Source: Euglena gracilis
Lineage: Eukaryota
DNA: 64,000 nt
Reading direction: 5' to 3'
Assembly (NCBI GenBank): GCA_039621445.1
Contig: CP154954.1
Span: forward strand, 31,954,012-32,018,011
Shown here piece by piece: positions 33,701-47,074 of the stretch. The notes below the pieces were generated by a model, which was not told the origin of the DNA, made no database searches, and saw only the letters and a list, made by a program, of their open reading frames with translations. The position numbers were made by a program, and so were the translations under genes. Numbering within the stretch: position 1 is the stretch's first letter; every line of letters begins with the position of its first letter.

Positions 33701-35700
33701 GCATGTTGGAAGTTCATTTGTTCATTCATTAGCAAAGATATCGACAATACATGTTGCATGCCACTTTAAGGACCCCAGGGGAGGGATGGAGCTAGAAGTT
33801 TGGGCTGGTTCACTCATCCCCCGGGGACAGGGCAGAACGGGAAGGCCTGGTGGGGGGGTCGACCTCCCACCCGGGAGGTGGGGGGGGGGGTGAGTCGACC
33901 TCCCAAACCCACCACAGCATTTTCACCAATTTCGGCCACCTGGGATGTTGGCTGGGGGAAATTTTTGATTTTTTCTTGAAAAACGAACCCAAAATACATG
34001 ATTTTTTGATGGAAAACCACATTTTTTCACAAAAAAAATCTCAAAATTTTCAGGTTAAAGTTGGTAGTTTTTAGGAGGGGGGTAAAAAAAAAAAACGAAG
34101 CTCAAAAAATGGACAATTTTTTTGCATAATCCAATTTTACTGAGATTTTTTCTCTTGGATTTTTTTTTTTGATTTTCAATGGCTTTTTTTGCATGAAAAA
34201 CCTCCCAAAATCAAAATTTCGAGAAAATGTTGATATTTTGGAAGGTGTGAAAAAATGGGGTTTTGGGGGGGTTTGGGGGGGACCTCGTATATGGATCCCA
34301 AAATGGGTCAAAAAAACACCCGGCGCCGAAGGCGCCAGGAAATTTTTTGGGGGTCCAAAAATTGGTGCCACCAAAACAACGGGAAGAGGTGGTGGTGGGG
34401 GGGATGGTCGACCCCCCCCCCCCACCCACCACCCTGGCCATGAGGCCGTTTCCCTTTCTGCCCTGCTCGGTGAGGGGGAGGGGGAGGGGTCCCTCCACCC
34501 ACCCACCGGGGGGATTTGGGTAGGACTAAAATTGGGGATGCACTAGAACACTGTGCCGTCAAGTTTGGGGTCCGGAAAACCTTCGGTGCCCAAAACAGAG
34601 GCAAGCCCGCCTTTGTCGGGGTACCTGCTCTGCCTGACCCCGACCCTGAAATTTATTTGCGTCAGCGTGTGAACAGTGATGGCAGAAGCGAGCGCCATAC
34701 AACTCGGTCCAATAAGAGACAAGCAAGGCACAACACGCCCAGCCAGACAAACCCATCCACGACCGTCCTTCAAGGTGACGGGTTGCAGCCTGACGAGCTG
34801 AATCAAAAAATTATCGGTGCAAAGCGAAAACAAAATTGAAAGAGTGGGTCCAGAACCACGTTGGCCTCCGCGACCAGATGCCACGGCCCACAATCTGCCC
34901 TTCATCATGCCTCTGTCCTTTTCTGTATGTGCACATGACTGCCCCCCCCCCTTGGGGGGATAATCACCTCTGGTCTCAGAAAACACCCGATGTTCCCCTC
35001 AAAAGGTTACCCCTCCTCTTCATTGACGGTGCGAAATGTCCGCATGCACCCCTCTTTTTCTCGATTATGGTAGGGGACTCTTATCTCTTAAGTGAGTTCC
35101 ACATAAAGAGTAAATCATCAATAGGTGCAATTTGAGCATTCTTTTTGATTACTTCTGAAAACGGTTATCATTATGAGGCGGTTTATAAATAGTGTCAGGG
35201 ACCAGGGGTGGAAACCTGACAGGTGGGTGGGCTGGACCCTCGATGGTCAAAGGCAGGGAACTCCCCCCCCCAAATCCCCGACACACTTTCCCTGTCGAGG
35301 CCAAGATCATCCAGTGTGTCCTCGGCCCACCCAGCTCCTGGCCGGGGCTTGGCCATATGTAACCCGGAGCGAGGAAAGGGGTTGCTTCGCTGTAGGGCAG
35401 AAGAGTGCTGGGGGGCCTCACGTGCCACTTCGCGGGGCACGGCCACACCCCCCAATCACCTGCACCGGACGCCGATAAACGCCGCGCAAACAATGGAACT
35501 GGAACAAGTGACAAGGCTGATCCTGCTGGGGCTGGGGAAGAAAAATATCTGGTCACCGAGGTGGTCCAGTCTCCCTCTCCCCACAGGCAGACTTGGCAGC
35601 TCAGGGAGTGGGGTGGGGGGGGTGGGGGGCAGGAGGAAGCAACCAAGAACAGCAAACCAAAGCCTGTGCAGGTGAGAGCAACGCCTCAAGCAGGTACCTA

Positions 35701-35854
35701 CCCCCCCCTGGAAACTGTCACCTGACAAGTTGGACAATACCAGGGACCCTGGCAACTTCCTATACTGACAGGTTGGCCGGTACCAAGGACCCTGACAATT
35801 TCCCAGGCGGGACCCTGACAGGTTCTCGGGCATGAGAGTTTCCCGGGGGGGGGG
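35701..35854 (+). mobile_element. Family K MITE, copy 1
   Basis: close match to 36603-36757; TIR CnGGAAACT.TCA. Confidence 0.8.
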
Positions 35855-36465
35855 ATTGGTAGTTTTCTTGGTGTTTTCTCTTTAACGACCCAGGGGTCCC
35901 ACGGGCCAGCTGGAAAACGTGCTGGCTGGAAAAAAAACACTGCTGACCCCGTGCGGGGGGGTGTGGCTGCCCGGCGGCTGGACCTGGCAGGTGTCCCAAA
36001 AATAAGCCAAAAAATCCAAGTCCAGCTGGATTGGCATCTTTCGCCCAAACTTTTGGGTTGAGGAAAATGCCATTTTTGGGTGTTTTTTTTTTGACGCCGT
36101 TTCCCAAAAAATTTTGGCACTTTGCACCAAATAAAATTTTCTAAGGCTGCCAGAGTTTTATTGAGCCAGAGGCAAGCACCTTTGGTTACCCACCTCTTTG
36201 GGTCCCGCATCGCCCTGCAGCGCCCCGCATTGCCTTTGAGGTCCTCAATAGTGCCCTTTTTGGTTTTGTTGCTCTTTGCCACTTTTGGCCCTTTTGGGCA
36301 ACTTTTGGTCACTTTTGGACCTTTTTTGGCTGATTTTAACCCGCATTCACTCTAGTGCCTGTATCTGCACATCGTCATCAGCACCCGCATCCCCACATCG
36401 TCCCACATCTAGCTGCATCTAACCGCATCTCCTCATCCGCTCCAGTGACCGCATCTGCTCTAGTA

Positions 36466-37019
36466 TAGGCTTTTGCTTAAGGACCCCGGGGGGTACTGGC
36501 TAGCCAATCGGCTAGACACTGGAAAAAGTGGACTAGCAAGACCCCCCGGGGGGGGGGGTCCGGGGGTCCCCCCAACTGGAAAAAAATTTGGGGTTTTTAA
36601 TACCCCCCCCCCCGGAAACTGTCACCTGACAGGTTGGCCGGTACCGGGGACCCTGACAACTGCCTATCATGACAGGTTGGCCGGTACCGGGGACCTTGAC
36701 AGTTTCCCGGGCGGGACCCTGACAGGTTCTCGGGCATGACAGTTTCCCGGGGGGGGGTAGGTAGGATTTTGGCTGATTTTGTTCCAAAAATTCCCAAAAA
36801 TGGCTAAAAACGGGCATTTTTAGCCACTTTTGGGGGTCCCAAAAAAATTTCCGGCGCTTCGCGCCGGTCACTGGAAAAAAATTTCCACTAGCTAGCCCTG
36901 CTAGCAGACCCCCCCCCCAGGGGGGTCTGCTAGAAATCCCACAAGCCAAATTTGGACTAGCTGCAGTCCAGCCCCCCCCCCCCCCCGGGGGGTACTGCAA
37001 CCCCTTAAGCAAAAGCCTG
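36466..37019 (+). mobile_element. hAT-like MITE, family A
   Basis: TIR (T/C)AGGCTTTTGCTTAAGG; exact TSD CTCTAGTA at 36458-36465 and 37020-37027. Confidence 0.93.
36603..36757 (+). mobile_element. Family K MITE (TA TSD) inserted in family A
   Basis: TA on both sides; other A copies show the empty site TTTTTAATAGG. Confidence 0.9.
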
Positions 37020-40000
37020 CTCTAGTAGCCGCATCTGCTCCAGTGGCCACAACCGCTTCAATGGCCGCATCCGCCGCTTCCAGTAGCCACATCCCCACAT
37101 CCGCTCCAATAATTGCATCCGTTCCAGTACCAGCATTCCACATCCGCTCCAATTCCCACATGCCATGATTCCGCATCCACTCTAATACCCGCATCCCCCA
37201 GCCGAATCCAACAAAGTCGTGTCCAAAAAGGCAAAACAACAACAACAAAAATTGGCCAAAAATCACCAAAAAAAAAATGCCAAAGGAAAGTGCCTTACAA
37301 TAGCCAAAAATAGCCCAAAGCAGGAGAGAATAATCTCAAATGACCAAAAGTGGCAAAAGCAGCCAAAAATGATCAGAAACAGTCAAAAAAGTGGGCAAGT
37401 GGTCAAAATGGGCCAAACTGGGCCAAAAAAAATGACCAAAAAAATGGCCAAAAGTGGCCAAAAATGGCAAAAATCTCCAAAAAAAGGCAAAAACGGCAAT
37501 ATTTTGCATTTTCCGATTCTGCGATAGAAAATGGCCAGATGACCCCCCCCCCAAAAAAACAGTGATGAGATGAAAAACAATCGCCAACAGTAGCCAAAAA
37601 TGACCAAAAATAGCCAACAGTGGCCCAAATGAAAAACAGCCCACTGTGGCTCAGAATGGTCCAAAGTGGGCCAAATTCGGCAAAAAATGGCCAAAAATAG
37701 CCCCCTGCCCTTTGTCATGGAGCGGAGGGGTCCTGAGATCCCCTCCCTTAGGGAAAGGTGGGGTGGGAGGTCGGTAATCCACTCTCCTTGGGAAGGAAGG
37801 CTTGCCTCATAGACGTCCGCTAGAGGAATCCTTGCTGTTGCACACTCACTGACCTGAATGCTAAACATTTGCAGCTGGATATTCCAAACAATGTCGACAT
37901 TCTCAAACAATGTTGTGATCCACGTTGTGCATTGGGAACGTGAGGTTGTGATTTTTGCGTGATTGGAATTCTGCCCAATTCATGAAAAGCTGTGCTATTG
38001 GTCGACGAGAGTGCTTCAAACCAATCGGCAACTGTGGAAGTTGGGCACGTGAGGGATATACCATGCGCGGGGCGATAAAGAATGAATACGAGGTATATAC
38101 AGGTGCAGGGCCCATATACAGGTGCAGGGCCCCTGCCCCCAACCACAGACGGGACGTCGTGTGGGGGGCAGCAAGCGTCGCTGCGAGGAGAGGTATAGCC
38201 TGGGGTGAGGCAATGCACGTTAGGTTCATAGGTGTCACAAGGGGGGGTCGGGGGGGCGGCCGCCCCGGGATTTTGGAAAGAAAAAATTTGAGGGATGAGT
38301 GTGGTATTTTTCTTTGAAATACCATTTTCAATGGTTCAAAGGGCGTCACCGTCTTGGCTGCCTTCGGCAGCTACCATGCCAGTTAAATTCACATTTCTGG
38401 AAAATGAAATTGCAAAATCCAAATAGCGTCTCGGCCCCGAAGAGGCCGGGAGGACAGAAAAAAAATACATTCTGGTTGTGCCAAGGAAAAAATTTCCTCG
38501 GCGCTTCGCGCCAAGAAAAAAGAGGATGTGCACCAAATTTTGTCGGTTCCTCCCCCCCCCCCGGGAAAAAGTTGTTCCGACACCGCTGGTTAGGTGGGCA
38601 GGGGTTTCTGCGGGGGCGGTATGGGGCGGCCAGAAATGCAGTGGTTGGGCGACGTCCAGGCAACAGCATCGATACAGATGCGATTCAATCCAACATAAAA
38701 TGATGAACCAGAAAAAAATCGATCCGGATGGCTCACAGCCATGACGTCCAACAAATTGAAATGAATGAAGGAAAAACTCCAACGTGTCTGAGAAACAGAA
38801 CGAACGGTGTAAACAAGAACATTTATCCCCAATGAGCATTGTGAATCCTGCATTTGGGAGGGAAGGATATTGCACTCTGGGAAAATAGCTTTGAACTGAA
38901 CTTTCTGGTGGTGTTTCGACGAAGATTTCCAATATTGGAAAGAAATTATCGAAAAACTACCCACTCTCCACTTATAAACACCCTGGGATTTATAAGGTCT
39001 GGCTGGTTTGGTCAGCCGCAGGGGGGTGTAAATGGGGGGGGGGGGTCGCTGAGCTCTTATCTCTTCAGAGCAATCGTGGGGCTCACCACCAAGGGAAAGG
39101 GGGGTGGGTGATGCAAACCATGGATTATACCCCGGCCCCATTCTGGATTTTTTTGTTTCAGTCACGAGTGACTGGATCCTGGCTTTCCGAAACAACTCCG
39201 TTTGACCCTGACTCCCTGGCCGGCCTGAGTTATTCAGCCGATAAGGGGTCCAAACTGTGGGATTCGCCACCCCGTCCCAGTTTCGACTCTGCCGTTTCGC
39301 CAGGGTGAGACTTTTGGTATAAAAAAAAATCGATTTTTTGAAGAAAAAATCTCGAAACTGGCCCGGAAATTTTCTGACCCAGAAATGAGCCAAAATGCAT
39401 GGGTTTCAGGCCGAAAATGGGGGACTGGGGGGGGAGGGTCGAAAAACACTCATTTTCGGCTTGAAACAGCTTTTCTGGGTCCGGGAGGCCAATAAACATG
39501 GTTTTGGGCAATTTTTTTTTCGAATTTTTTTACCTAAAAACGGCCAAGTCAAAACAGGCCAAAACTGCACAATATGGCCAAAATTGGCCGAAAATTGTCC
39601 GTAACTCGGGCTACACAAAGAGTTGGGGGAAAAGTAAACCATGGTTGGACAGGGCATTCCAAGGGCTTTATTTTTGCTCTGCGGGCATTTCTTTTGATTC
39701 TGCTTCATTGTCGAGGTATTTTGAAAAAAATCGATTTTTTTAACCATCAAAAAGCCCAAAAAAACCACCTCAAAATGGCGTTTTGGGCCGCAAAAGCGAG
39801 GAACAACCTTTTTTTTGCCCCCCCCCCCAAAACGCTGTCTTGGACCACAAAACTGAGTTCGAACATGTGTCGGCGGCCAGAACGGCGACTGGGGGCCATA
39901 TAAGCTCTCCAGGGACACATTTGGTCTGACAGAGGCCCCAAACACCTGCTGCAGTATGCACCCTTTCCCTACCAAGGATCTGCCCAACCACTGTACACCA

Positions 40001-41053
40001 CAACTGATGAGAGGCCCATCATGGTGGTTGGAATCAGGCCGAATTGGACCAATCCCCCCGGAGGGGGAACCATGCAATTATTTACCGACCCCCAGGGGAA
40101 GGGGGGTCACTTCCACTCTTCCAAAAACCAGTCACTCACTTTTTTCCCCGGAAAACCAGTCAATCACTACCCCCTCCCCCCCAGGAGGGGTCGGCCACTC
40201 TGGAATCCAAAGGGAATTTGACCAAAAACATGAAAAAAAGAGGAAAAAAATTTCCGGCACCTTTGGCGCTGGGTTATTTTGGTGGTTTCTTTCTTGACCC
40301 CCCTGCTCTGCAAACAAACAGTCAGTCACTCTGAAAAAAACCAGTCACCCCCTGGTGACTAAGTGATTGTATGGGGGGGGGGGTCCCACAAAGCACAGGA
40401 AATATAGTTTTGGGGGGTCGTCAGGGCTGTGCAGGAAGTGGGGGGGGGGTTGGACCGCCCCACCCACTACGGCACCTGGCCAAAGAAGCCTCCTTTGGCG
40501 CCAAAGGAGAATTTTGACCTGAAAAATTGGTGCCACCCCAAAAACGGGAATACGGGAAAGCCTGCGGGGGTCGGACTGGTCGGACCAGGTCGCTCCTGAC
40601 TAGTTTTGGGTGGAAAATTATTGTTGGACACAAAAAATTATTGTTGGAGGCTCTGGCACAAGACTGCCTGGACCACGGTTGGGCCACTGTTTGCCATGTC
40701 CAACTCCCCCAAAAGTGTGTCTGCCCAAACAGGCCCCCCCCCGATGGAGTCGACCTCACGTTCAAGTTCAGCCTGGTCGGAACCTCGACATAATTGTCAT
40801 GCTGTCATGGATGACAGAGGGGAGTACGTCAATCGGGGGCTAGGTTGGGAGGAGGCCGCCCACACATCTCTTCGTCCGGAGACGGTCGAGGTGGAGGTAA
40901 GGACAGAGAAGGAACTGGGGCAGGAAGCGATTCGGGGGCCGGCAGCAAGCACTCTGCAGGACGTCAACCCTGTGGCGGGCAACGGTGACGGTAGAGAGCC
41001 GAAGCCGAACCCCGTGGAAACAACCCGGCCAGCTTCCCTGGCAGGGTGGGGGC

Positions 41054-42464
41054 CAGGCTTCTGCTTTAGGGATTGCAGTACCCCCCCCCCCCCCCGGGGG
41101 GCTGGACTGCATAATCCAAATTTGGCTATTGGGATTTCTAGCAGACCCCCCGGGGGGGGGGTCTGCTAGCAGGGCTAGCTAGTGGAAATTTTTTTTCCGC
41201 TGGCTGGCGCGAAGCGCCGGAAATTTTTTTGGGACCCCCAAAAATGGCCAAAAATGCCCGTTTTTGGCCATTTTGGGAAGTTTTGGAACAAAATCAGCCA
41301 AAAACCTATTAAAAACCTCCTTTCCAACTCGGCACACAGCGCCGGAGGAAAATTTTTTTCCAGTGGGGGGGACCCCTGGACCCCCCCCACGGGGGGAGGT
41401 GCCTATCGACCCAGGCTTTGAAAATGGCCATTTTCGGGTCTCCGCGCCCCCCCCCCCCCCCGGGAGGGTGCTATGGGCAGGGTGGTAGGGCATTTTCGAC
41501 CCCCCGGGGGGGGGGGGGGGGGGGGGGGTTTGGTAGGGGTACCTGGTCACTCACCACCAGCGGCAAAGCCAGGCCATAAGCAGGGCTGAAGCCATAGTAC
41601 AACAAAGGGGGTAGGTTTTGGGTGGGTAGTGCTATAGCACACCCCGGGGGCAATTGATTCTGTACTAACTTTTACAGCTACGCTTGATGCACGAAATCCC
41701 ATTGTGCCAGAACAGCACAAAACGTATGCCACTGCTTGCCTTCCAGCAAGTGCGATGTGGGGAGGGTCCAGCCCCAGACACCCACACCCTCCCCCCAGGG
41801 GGGTCTGCTGAATTAAACAGAAGGATGATCCACCCATCCGACCGACCCACAACATTAGAAACCATAAAACAGATTAAACAGTCCGGCCAGATTGTCCCTT
41901 GTGCCAGCGACACAAAAGTGTTCAATAAACCCAGGAGGGAGGACCTTGCCAAGCTTGATGAATGTGTGGTTGAGTGCCAGGGCTTGAAGTCAGCCAACCG
42001 TCCCCAGGCTTTGCTTGAGCCACGTTTGAGGGCTAACTTTGGAGGAAACGTCAACATGTCAGAGGGGCAAACAGCCCTGACGGTGAACAATGTAGGATTT
42101 TGGTGGCCAATTTGAGGGAGGGGTAATATTCTTACAGAAACAGGATGGGCCATTCAAAGAACTACAAAGAAATGCCAGTGAAGGGAAAGAAACAACACTC
42201 CTAGGGGAAGAACCACGGAGACAGACTGATATAAGCTGCACATCCAAAAAGTTTTGGAGGAGCGATTACAAATCGTTCCCGCATTCTCAAAAAAAAAAAC
42301 ACTCATCATCCCACTTTTTGATGCATATTTACGCTCAGTTTATCAGTTTAGATTAGTTCTGATTCGTCATTTGTCGTGGTTGGCCAGATCACAACCCAAT
42401 CTCTTCCACGCTGCGAAAACCTCGGTGAAATCGTCGGGATTTGTCGCTGGAGGTGCTTGGCCTG
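41054..42464 (-). mobile_element. Composite insertion: reverse family A end, further repeats and a family H end
   Basis: CAGGC...GCCTG termini; flanks GTGGGGGC and GAGGTGGC match at 6/8. Confidence 0.55.
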
Positions 42465-42780
42465 GAGGTGGCCAGAGGGTGGGGGTTCCCCTCAAACAAA
42501 GGGGGGACAATAGCCCGGGCCATTGAGCCGCCAGCAGCAGTCCAAGGCCTCCTCAGAGCAAGCACTGCACCCGCGGCAGCGCGAAGACGTCAAGGGCAGG
42601 GGGGGCGGGGCATCCACTTGCTGCCGGTGGCGGGTGGGCCGGCTTGCATGAAGTCAAGGAAGAGCCCTACTTTCTTTGGAAACTCAAGCTCGGGGAGGGA
42701 CCCCTAGGCATTAAAAAAAAAGCAGTCAGTGACTGCATAGGGGGGAACAGTCAGTCATTTCTCCACCTTGTCCTGAATAC

Positions 42781-42877
42781 CAACAATATTCCAGCAGTTG
42801 GATGGCTGACGTGGGGCAGCGGGCGTGGTTCAGCCCACTTCTGTGGGACGTGCACCGCAGCAGAAGGGTGGGCCGTG
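42781..42877 (-). pseudogene. Gene 2 exon (TAHPSAAVHVPQKWAEPRPLPHVSHPTAGILL)
   Basis: CAG acceptor, GTATTC donor; WAEPRPLP matches gene 1 WATEPRPLP. Confidence 0.65.
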
Positions 42878-43778
42878 CTGGGGCATGGGGGGGGGGAGGG
42901 CTGTACTACTTCCCCACTGCAACCATGATTGTGCTCACCGACCGGGGAGGGGCAGACATTCATTTAGTGTGGTTCAAAAAAAGACGCGTGAACCACAATT
43001 TTTTTGGTGTCCACAAATGAACCACAAAAAAAAACATTTGGTGTCCACAAACTTTTTTGATTCATCTGTCGGCACCTCAGCCACATGCCACATTGTGAAC
43101 CTTGGCCCTGGCTCAATCACACCCCACCGCTGTGGTTGGAGAAGGGTCGCCACTCCCTTGTACCGTACATGCAGAGCCCTATTTCATGTGCGGCACCCAT
43201 ATCCCAGGGTCAATTGAGAGGTTCACATGGGTTAGAAACATCCACCACTACCATATTGAGAACTGTGTCCCAGACGCCGGTTCGGGCGTGAAGCCAATGC
43301 CTGGGACACAGTTTTTGAAATCGTTTCTAGGGGGCTCTGGCTTCACGCTCGAACCGGCGTCTGAGTAATCACCCCAAATTCCCATGTTTGGGACATTGGG
43401 GTTGCCCATCCATCGAAAGCGCTTGTCAAGGGCTTTTGACAGATGTCCACAGAATAAAACCGTAATGCACAGAACTCTTATTTCAGCGATTGTGTATTCC
43501 AAAATTTGACATATTAATTTGTCAAATCCCCCAGCTCAGGAACCATACAGCATATCAATTGAAAGCTCTCATCGAGACCTTTCGCTTGGCACCCTCAGAA
43601 CTCAGCCACAATGCACAGCGCTCTGAAAATCGGCGATCGCACGTTCCGACCCTGTTTTCTTCGAAATTCAAATGTTTCACCTGCCCTGTTGCCCTGGACG
43701 CCAGTTCGGGCAGAAATTTCCTGCCCGAACCGGCTTCCCAGACGCCGGTTCAGGCTGGTTCAAGCTGGGGCTCCCAGA

Positions 43779-44196
43779 CAGGCTTTTGATTAAGGACCCC
43801 GGGGGGAGGGTACTGGCTAGCCAATCGGCTAGACACTGGAAAAAATGGACTAGCTAGGACCCCCCTTCCCCCCCGGGGTCCCCCCCCCACTGGAAAAAAA
43901 AATTTCCTCCGGCGCTGCGCGCCAGGGGGGAAATGAGGTTTTTAATAGGTTTTTGGCTGATTTTGTTCCAAAAATTTCCAAAAATGGCCAAAAAACGGGC
44001 TTTTTGGGCCATTTTGGGGGGTCCCAAAGAAAATTTCCGGTGCTTCGCGCCGGTCACTGGAAAAAAAATTCCACTAGCTAGCTCTGCTAGCAGACCCCCC
44101 CCGGGGGGGTCTGCTAGAAATCCCACTGGCCAAATTTGGACTAGCTGTAGTCCAGCCCCCCCGGGGGGGTACTGCAAGCCCTTAAGCAAAAGCCTG
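43779..44196 (+). mobile_element. hAT-like MITE, family A
   Basis: TIRs; exact TSD CTCCCAGA at 43771-43778 and 44197-44204. Confidence 0.93.
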
Positions 44197-44297
44197 CTCC
44201 CAGACACGGTTCACAACGGTGGAGGATGTGGGACCAATCAATTTTTTGGCCTCCTCTATCAAACGCCGAACTCCTTGGGGAATCGCCATTCGTGCTA

Positions 44298-44935
44298 ACC
44301 CCCCCCCCCATTTAAACCGACCCGTCGGTTTAGGACTTTTGGGTTGGCGGAAATCCTGGAGGGGGTCGGTTTAGACGGGGGGTCGGTTTCAGAGGGAGCA
44401 CACGGCTGGCCGACGGCGTGACGGAAGCGGGTTGATATTAGCACAGCAATTTCAATTGGCAAATGCCGAATTTTGTCGGCCAATTCCTAACTTTGAGTGA
44501 CAAATGCCTAATTTGGGATGCAAATGCTTAATTTTTGGGGGCAAATGCTGAATTTTGGGTGTAATATCCAATTTTTGGTGGCAAACTGCCTAATTTTGGG
44601 TGCAATCTTCAAATTTTTGATGGCAAATGCCTAATTTTGTAATCTTTGGGGAACACCAAATTTTCGGAAGAAAATGCCCAATTTGAGGTGTAAACTCCAA
44701 TATTTGGAAGCAAATGCCTAATTTTGGGTGTAAATCCCAATTTTGGGTCATCAATACTAACTATTCAATGAGCATGGATGCTCTTTCCGTTGGCGGCTTC
44801 CATTATGTTGTGCATGTTTGTCATCCAATTTGCCATGGGTCGGTTTATTTCTTTTTTTGGTTGAAATTCTGCAATGGGTCGGTTTGGAAGGGTAGGTCGG
44901 TTTAGAAGGGGAGTCGGTTTAAATGGGGGGGGGGT
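44298..44935. mobile_element. TA-flanked MITE F with ~20-bp GCAAATGCCTAATTTT minisatellite interior
   Basis: TIR A(C)nATTTAAACCGAC; TA at 44296-44297 and 44936-44937. Confidence 0.85.
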
Positions 44936-45597
44936 TATGTCATCCACCGTGATGAATGGAAGCGTTTCCCAACTGTCAAATCCTTCTTTTTTTGGAAAAC
45001 ATTCATAGAGCCGCAACATTGACTTCAGACTTTCACTTAGTGCACTGCTCCGCAGCGCAAATTTTTTCCCACGGTGCACGCGGCGCACAATTGAGTTTTT
45101 GCCGCGGCACACATGTGAACCATAATATTTTTTTGGTGTACACATGTGAACCATAAAAAATTTTTGGTGTCCATATGTGAACCACCAACAATCTTGGTGT
45201 CCACGGTGAACCACAAAAAGACTACCTTGGCGTACCACACTAAATGAATGTCTGCGGGGGGGAAGGGGGTGCTTTAGGGTGCCTGCCCCTAGCAGACACC
45301 CCCCCGGGGGGTCCAGGGGGGACCCAGAAAATTTTAACTCAATTTTTTGAATTGAAATTTTCATTCACAGCCTTTTCCGGGCCCCCGGCACCTTCGGCGC
45401 CGGGGTCAGAGGGTTCTTCCATTTCTTCCAATTCTTTCAGCACTTTTTCCCCCATGCTTCGGCATGTGGGTGCATCATCAGGAATGCAGAATGTTTGATG
45501 TAAATTTTTTCGGCTTTTCCACCCATACTCTATTATCCAAATCTCAACAGGTGGAGGGGGACGCAACATCGACCCTCAAAAAACGTGACACAAAAAA

Positions 45598-45778
45598 AAA
45601 CAAATAAACTGCAAATAAACACAAAAAACACACAAATAAACTGCAAATAAACACAAAAAAACACACAAATAAACTGCAAATAAACACAAATAAAACACAA
45701 ATAAACTGCAAATAAACACAAAAAAACACACAAATAAACTGCAAATAAACACAAAAAACACACAAAAGAAACACAAAT
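45598..45778. repeat. CAAATAAACTGCAAATAAACACAAA minisatellite
   Basis: about 5 tandem units. Confidence 0.9.
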
Positions 45779-45831
45779 TGCATGCAAAATCCTTTAGGAG
45801 CCCCCCCGGGGAAAAACATACACATGCGCAC

Positions 45832-46047
45832 CCAATGGCCCGCAAGGTTTTTGGCAGCAAAGCCCACGGCAGCAACCTTGGCAAAGGCAAACGGGAGGTC
45901 GCGGAACCCCTTGGTGCGGGGGAGCCCGGGCTCCGTCGGGAGGTCAAAGGTGACGGCGTTCCGCCGCTCCTTTGGCGGAGGGTTTCCCTGGGCCGCTGGG
46001 GAATGGACCATCTCCGTTTCCTCCTGGAGAAGCACGCGGAGGTTGAT
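45832..46047 (-). pseudogene. Gene 2 exon (INLRVLLQ...NPPPKERRNAVTF...PFAFAKVAAVGFAAKNLAGHW)
   Basis: 72 codons, GTGCGC donor; aligns to gene 1 exon 20566-20772. Confidence 0.7.
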
Positions 46048-46065
46048 GGGACAGGCAAACGGTGC

Positions 46066-46284
<219 letters not shown>

Positions 46285-47074
46285 GTGCGCGCGCAAAAGC
46301 ACACCACCAGAGTGCTGTTCGTTGGGAAAACGAAACGATTAAAAAAGCCAGTAATTGGAGGAAGAATTTCTTTTGCAGAGCAACTTCCAATCACTTTCCA
46401 CAGAACACACACACACACACACACACACAAACGCACCAAAGAAAAACACGAATGAAATGCCGCATCGGGATGAGTGATCGCTGTGATTCCACACTCATTT
46501 TGGCATCTGCATCAGTGACAAGGCCTGCATATGGCTCTCCACATAAAACAAAATGTGGAAATTCCCTTTGAAATTCATTTCCATTCCAGATGTTTATTTA
46601 TTTTATTTTTATATTTTTTTTGGAAAGGCACTGTTGAACATTGATCTATTGATCTTGTATAATCCAATTCATAGAAGAAAAATGGCATTTGCGAAGCTGT
46701 GCAAGGGTGAAAACGCGTCTTAAATTAAGACATTGAAAAGCGAACCTCTCTTGCGTCGCAAATAGGTGGGCATGTGGAAAACAAATACTTACGCTACACC
46801 AAAAATATCAGAATATTTAGAATGCCAAAGAAAGATTTGGGAATGAGTTTGCAAATGAGGACATTTTTAGAAATGAGCAAATGGCTGGCAACTGCGAGGA
46901 ATGAAAAACAGCACCTTGCCTGTGAATTAGTAAAATTTGTCAAGCCAAGGACCTCAGCATTTACCCTGACACTGTCATTGTGGTTTCCAAGTAGAGGAGC
47001 ACGAACATGCCAGTCGAAATGGGAGCTTGAGTGCGAGCCTGTGTGCCTGTGCTTTTGGCAACCAACCTCGCAAC

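Larger units (their letters stand above)
36173..37700 (+). mobile_element. Degenerate family G-like element hosting nested A and K insertions; right end approximate
   Basis: left end CAAGCACCTTTGGT; GCATC-rich core and GGCCAAAA-rich arm as in 13050-14693. Confidence 0.6.
42953..45254. mobile_element. Element D inserted into a family C copy (C halves at 42924-42952 and 45255-45413), itself carrying nested insertions
   Basis: perfect 21-bp TIR CAGACATTCATTTAGTGTGGT; TGAACCAC subterminal repeats. Confidence 0.8.

Noticed and set aside
43076-43107. Phase-compatible 32-nt micro-exon for gene 2
   Set aside because: Lies inside the nested D element and has no paralog support
45410-45480. MGEKVLKELEEMEE peptide as a gene 2 exon
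   Set aside because: No clear splice sites; it runs into a family C repeat, and the GEKVL match to gene 1 is out of collinear order
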